Under the pieces are notes generated by a model. It was not told where the DNA came from. It worked only from the letters and a program-made list of their open reading frames with translations, and ran no database searches. From positions 7,814,001 through 7,878,000 of the forward strand of contig NC_058369.1 of NCBI RefSeq assembly GCF_018350175.1: 64,000 nucleotides of DNA, in the 5' to 3' direction. A program made the position numbers and the translations under genes. Shown in pieces: positions 60,490 through 64,000 of the stretch. Every line of letters begins with the position of its first letter. Positions within the stretch are counted from its first letter, which is position 1. The stretch comes from Felis catus. Its lineage: Eukaryota.

Positions 60490-63400
60490 GATTTTTGAGC
60501 GAACGCAGTGGGGGAGGGGCAGAGAGAGAGAGGGGGACAGAAGATGTGAAGCGGGCTCTACGCTGACACCACAGAGCCCGACATGGGGCTCGAACTCATG
60601 AACTGCGAGATCATGACCTGAGCCGAAGTCGGACGCTCAACCGACTGAGTCACCCAGGCGCCCCTCAGACTTATTTCTTAGCAGAGGGACCATTCAAATA
60701 AAATCTTACGCTGACTCTCATTAGGTAGGACTGGAAAGGGGAGGGCTCCATTTCCTTCCCCTACTCCCTTGCACCCACCAGAGCATAGCCTGAAGTCTGC
60801 TGACCCTTCTAACCCCCTCACTTTGACGACGGGGTAACAGACCAGAGAGGGCAGTGGCCTTCCCGAGGCCACACAGTAAGTTGCAGGCATGCGGTTCCCC
60901 ACCAATTCTGCATATCGACTGCTGAGTTCCCTGCCCATGTGGCGCGTGTGGGGCCGATGCTTCCTGAGCGTTTTACCTGTGTCAACACTGGTCGCCTGGA
61001 TGACCTGAGGAAGGTGGCAGTTGTCCCCATTTTGTGGATTAGGGAACTGGAATTCAGTCATTTCACCCCAGTCACACCTCTGGGAATTAGGAGAGCCAGC
61101 ATCTCCCTGAGTCCTCCCGAGCGTCTTGCCGGTGACCCCAGGCTGGGGCCTCGCTCTCTTGCCCTCGGTGTCGCCGTGTCTCTGTCACAGTCTGTCTCTC
61201 TCCGCTCCAGACACACCAGCTTCCTTGCTGGTCCTCAAACAAAACCTGAATCCTGCCACAGGGCCTTCGCACTTGCTCTTCCCACCCCCTGGAGTGTCTT
61301 CTCCTCCCTCCTGACCAATGGCCTGCTCTTTGTCATCTTTCAGGCCCTGCTCGCAGGTCACCTCCTGAGAGAGGCCTGCCTCCCCTTTCCAGTCTCTGCG
61401 TGGCACAACCCCGTTCACATATTCACTCATTCACACGTTTTGTGATTCATCCAGTAAACATTTTACTGGGTGTGCACTGTGTGCCAGGCCGTGTTCTTGG
61501 CCCACAGGCTAGAACAAAGAAGACCAAAATCCTTGCTCTGCAAAGCTTAGTTCTAGAAAGGAAGGCAAACAGCAAAGAAGTAAGATATAGAATATGTCAG
61601 GTAAGTAGCGGTTATTTTTTGAAAGGAAAGGTAAATACGAAATAGTAAGGCAGAGATTCAGATCTTAGATGTGTTGGTCAGGTGAGGCCTCCCAGGAAGA
61701 CAGCATTTGAGCGGAGGCCTGAAGGCGGCCGGAGGAGCCATTGGAGGTCTGGGCAGGGGAAACAGCCCGTGCAGAGGCCCTGAGGCAGGAAGGCATCTGG
61801 AATGTTTAGGAAGCAGCCAGGAGGCCATGGAGGCCGGAGTAGAGTGAGTGAGGGGGAGACCCGGAGGTCTTGGGGCGGGGCCACCTGGGCCTCAGTGAGG
61901 ACTTTGGCTTTTGCTCTGGGTGAGCTGGGAGCCACAGAAGGGGCTGAGCAGAAGAGGGATGTGGCTCTCTGGTGGCTGTGGAGGGGAACAGACTGAGGGG
62001 CAAGGACAGGAACCAGGGAGCAGGGCAGAGACAAAGGCGCTGGTCCAGGCCACCGATGAGCGGGGCCAGCCGAGGAGGGGGTGAGAAGTGGACGGATTCT
62101 GAATAGACGTGGGCAGTGAGGAAAGAGTAGAGCCAAAAAGATCCCCACACTTTTGGGGGTGTGCACGGCCACTAGGCTAACCTGTTTACAGTCTGGCCCT
62201 CCCATGCCATTTCCGTAAGGGACAGATGCTGGTCCGTCTCAGTCACTGCTGTGTCCCGGCACCTCCACAGAGCCTGGCTCACAAAGGCACTCGATCGCTC
62301 TGTCATCTCTGCAACCTCCTGTCCCCCGTCTCTACCAGGAATGTCCTCGGTACCCTTATTCCTCCGCGACCCCCCCCCCCAGTGCCATCTCAGCCCCCCT
62401 GACCGCTCTTCTCGCCCACCCCCTTGCAGCTTCGAGGCGGAGAATGGGCCCACGCCATCTCCTGGCCGCAGCCCCCTGGACTCGCAGGCGAGCCCGGGCC
62501 TCGTGCTGCACGCCGGGGGGGCTATCAGCCAGCGCCGGGAGTCCTTCCTGTACCGCTCGGACAGTGACTACGACATGTCACCCAAAACCATGTCCCGGAA
62601 CTCGTCGGTCACCAGCGAGGCGTGAGCACCCCACTCTCACCCTCCAGGCCTGCTCCCAACACAAGCTGCCCTTGCCAGCAGGGAATGGGGACACCGCCTA
62701 AGCCCCCTGCCACCTCTCCTTCCCAGTGAAAAGTAAACAGCCCCCTTGCCCACATCGAGGGCTCGGTCCCTTTACAGCATGCCCACCCAGCGAGGTCTGA
62801 GGGTGCGCCCCATCTCTGCCCCCCACTCAGCTACGGTGAGCCCCTCCCTCCAGCCCAGCCCGCACCCACATCCTTGCGGTCCCTGCCCACGAACCTGCCC
62901 AAGCCCACTCCTACCCATCGGCAGCTGAGGCCTGGCCCCCCTCAGTCTGTCCCCGCTGCCACTTCTTCCCACAGAGCATCCACCTCGGCTGAGCCCCCTC
63001 TGCCTTCCCCCCCCTCCAGGCTTCCCTAAAGCAGCCCCCCTTATCACGACCACCTGTTAAGGTGTGAGCACCCCCAGACCTGCTCAGCCCCCTCCCCTCT
63101 CACTGGATCCTCCAGCCCTGGCCCTACCCATCCAGGTACCCACCTCAGCTCCCTTAACTCCTCTTGCTCCCCATCCCCTCCTATCCACTGCTCTCACCAG
63201 CCCCCCCCCCCGCAGTGGATTTATGGCAGCCCCCTTTGTCTCTGCACACCCCCTCCCTGCCCACCCACCTGAGCTCCTCTGTCTGGCCACCGTTCCCTCC
63301 AAGACCAGCCCCTGTAGGGTGTCTACCCTTGGGAGGTGTGAGCGCCCTCTCCCCTCACCTGTTGGAGGCCCCCAACCCACCTCCCAGCCTACCCTCAGCC

Positions 63401-63737
63401 CAACCCCCATAGAGAGTTGCTTCTCTGGCACCCCAGCCCCTTTTCACCCAGGCCCGGGGGTGTCCCACAGTGAGGACGCCTGACCTGCCCCTGTCCTTGG
63501 TTGCAGGCACGCTGAGGACCTCATTGTGACACCTTTCGCCCAGGTAAGACCCCTCCCCTAAGAAAGGAAGGGGCTCCAACCTTCCCCCACACTTGGACAC
63601 AGGGACCTAGCCCCAGCTCCTCCGGGTGGCTCCCTCTCCTCACCGCTGGCTCTCCCTCCGTCCCAGGTGCTGGCCAGTCTCCGGAGTGTTCGCAGCAACT
63701 TCTCACTCCTGACCAATGTGCCCATTCCCAGCAACAA
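38989..63737 (+). CDS. PDE4A: PDE4A cAMP-specific phosphodiesterase 4A, 5' part (alternative first exons plus UCR1 exons), truncated at the window end
   Basis: Four recognisable N-termini, all ending in phase 2 and splicing to cag|C TTC GAG GCG GAG AAT GGG (FEAENG); UCR1 with the PKA motif RRESF. Confidence 0.97.
39670..39869 (+). CDS. PDE4A: PDE4A8-type second coding exon ([26 protein letters not shown]...[19 protein letters not shown])
   Basis: Polypyrimidine plus cag acceptor, AG|gtaggc donor in phase 2, 200 nt. Confidence 0.9.
41702..41747. repeat. (CA)n microsatellite in the PDE4A promoter region
   Basis: About 23 perfect units. Confidence 0.95.
42805..43124 (+). CDS. PDE4A: PDE4A4/4A5-type first exon ([53 protein letters not shown]...)
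   Basis: Strong Kozak gccATGG, donor CG|gtaaga in phase 2, 320 nt. Confidence 0.96.
43960..44352. repeat. Degenerate GTGA/CAG-rich minisatellite ending in 3x GACATTGACTGA
   Basis: Recurrent gtgtgcttcyrggacagcgattgtgac units; perfect 12-mer tandem at 44307-44342. Confidence 0.65.
46199..46380 (+). CDS. Candidate additional PDE4A alternative first coding exon ([45 protein letters not shown]...AGFG)
   Basis: ATGATG at 46199, open for 182 nt, donor GG|gtgagg in phase 2, inside a local CpG island; no homology recognised. Confidence 0.4.
47965..48112. mobile_element. MER20-like hAT-Charlie remnant
   Basis: ccaggggacatgtggaaaatggctggagacatttt...aatgtcaatagtgccaag...accctg. Confidence 0.65.
48238..51664 (+). 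mobile_element. Near full-length Tigger1 (pogo/Tc1-mariner) DNA transposon, decayed, interrupted by five CAN-SINEs
   Basis: Termini ta|CAGGCATACC...GAGTTATGCCTG; transposase remnant [24 protein letters not shown] at 49150-49220. Confidence 0.92.
51994..52461 (-). mobile_element. Two tandem CAN-SINEs
   Basis: Two SINE bodies with T tails. Confidence 0.88.
54281..54516 (+). CDS. PDE4A: PDE4A11-type first exon ([33 protein letters not shown]...RQAWAG)
   Basis: gttATGG start, donor GG|gtaagt in phase 2, 236 nt, CpG island. Confidence 0.92.
55863..55999 (+). CDS. PDE4A: PDE4A10-type first exon ([45 protein letters not shown])
   Basis: ATG at 55863, donor AG|gtgggt in phase 2, 137 nt. Confidence 0.9.
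58575..58769 (-). mobile_element. CAN-SINE
   Basis: SINE body ending ccaggcacccc. Confidence 0.85.
58780..59260 (-). mobile_element. Old L1M 3' fragments
   Basis: gtgcaactgtcaccgccacccatctccagaa...acccagaagtagaattgctagatcacacggtaattctata. Confidence 0.7.
59275..59987 (-). mobile_element. Three tandem CAN-SINEs with a (TATG)n tail, the last one young
   Basis: Heads at ~59467, 59738 and 59987. Confidence 0.88.
60421..60664 (-). mobile_element. CAN-SINE whose tail has expanded into a (TTTC)n microsatellite
   Basis: tcagactt flanks both sides; (tttc)n at 60432-60489. Confidence 0.88.
61140..62130. mobile_element. L2 LINE fragments in both orientations
   Basis: cagggccttcgcacttgct...; ttcatccagtaaacattttactgggtg...tgtgccagg; catttgagcggaggcctgaagg. 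Confidence 0.6.
62430..62621 (+). CDS. PDE4A: PDE4A first shared long-form exon ([23 protein letters not shown]...[30 protein letters not shown])
   Basis: 192 nt, UCR1; PKA-site Ser codon at 62542-62544. Confidence 0.98.
63507..63543 (+). CDS. PDE4A: PDE4A shared exon ([12 protein letters not shown])
   Basis: 37 nt, ttgcag acceptor, CAG|gtaaga donor. Confidence 0.96.
63667..63737 (+). CDS. PDE4A: PDE4A shared exon ([23 protein letters not shown])
   Basis: 71 nt, AA|gtaagt donor. Confidence 0.96.
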
Positions 63738-64000
63738 GTAAGTCAAGGCTGGGCCCCAACATTCATGATCATGAGGCCACGCACACCTGGGTTCAACTCT
63801 TAGCTCTGCTGTGTGCCCTCAGGCAGGAACTTGACCTCTCTGAGCCTCTGTTCAGGCAGCAGCTCCCTCTGAGCCAGCAAACCATTGCAATTTGAATGGC
63901 TAAGACAGAAACTTTTAAAAATAAAGACCAAGGGGTCCAGACACGTGGTGGTGAGGCCAAGGGTAGCCAGGCGCCACAGCCTTGGGGCCACTCCCGGCCC

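Overview
Mammalian (felid-like, judged by abundant SINEC_Fc-type CAN-SINEs) genomic DNA carrying the conserved TYK2 - CDC37 - PDE4A block. TYK2 (minus strand) contributes its first 15 coding exons (FERM, SH2 and most of the JH2 pseudokinase domain) and runs off the window start; its CCAAT-rich CpG promoter is at ~14.1-14.7 kb. CDC37 (minus strand) is complete: 8 coding exons, 380 aa, AATAAA at 22510. PDE4A (plus strand, head-to-head with CDC37) shows four recognisable alternative N-terminal starts (4A8-, 4A4/5-, 4A11- and 4A10-type) and the first three shared exons, then runs off the window end. I checked all splice phases by hand and they are consistent. Repeats include many CAN-SINEs, a near full-length Tigger1, MLT1 LTRs, MER elements, and L1/L2/MIR fragments. 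Most notable observations: (1) a perfect 135-bp inverted duplication ~3.5 kb upstream of TYK2 that doubles a canonical NF-kB site next to a MER81-like element; (2) a candidate extra in-phase PDE4A first coding exon at 46199-46380 that matches none of the isoforms I recognise; (3) a dense CRE/RFX cluster ahead of the PDE4A8 start; (4) tandem JNK- and calcineurin-type docking motifs in the 4A8 N-terminus. Most entries in the supplied ORF track are spurious GC-rich or SINE-derived frames. Gene, isoform and repeat names come from recognition by memory, not from database searches.
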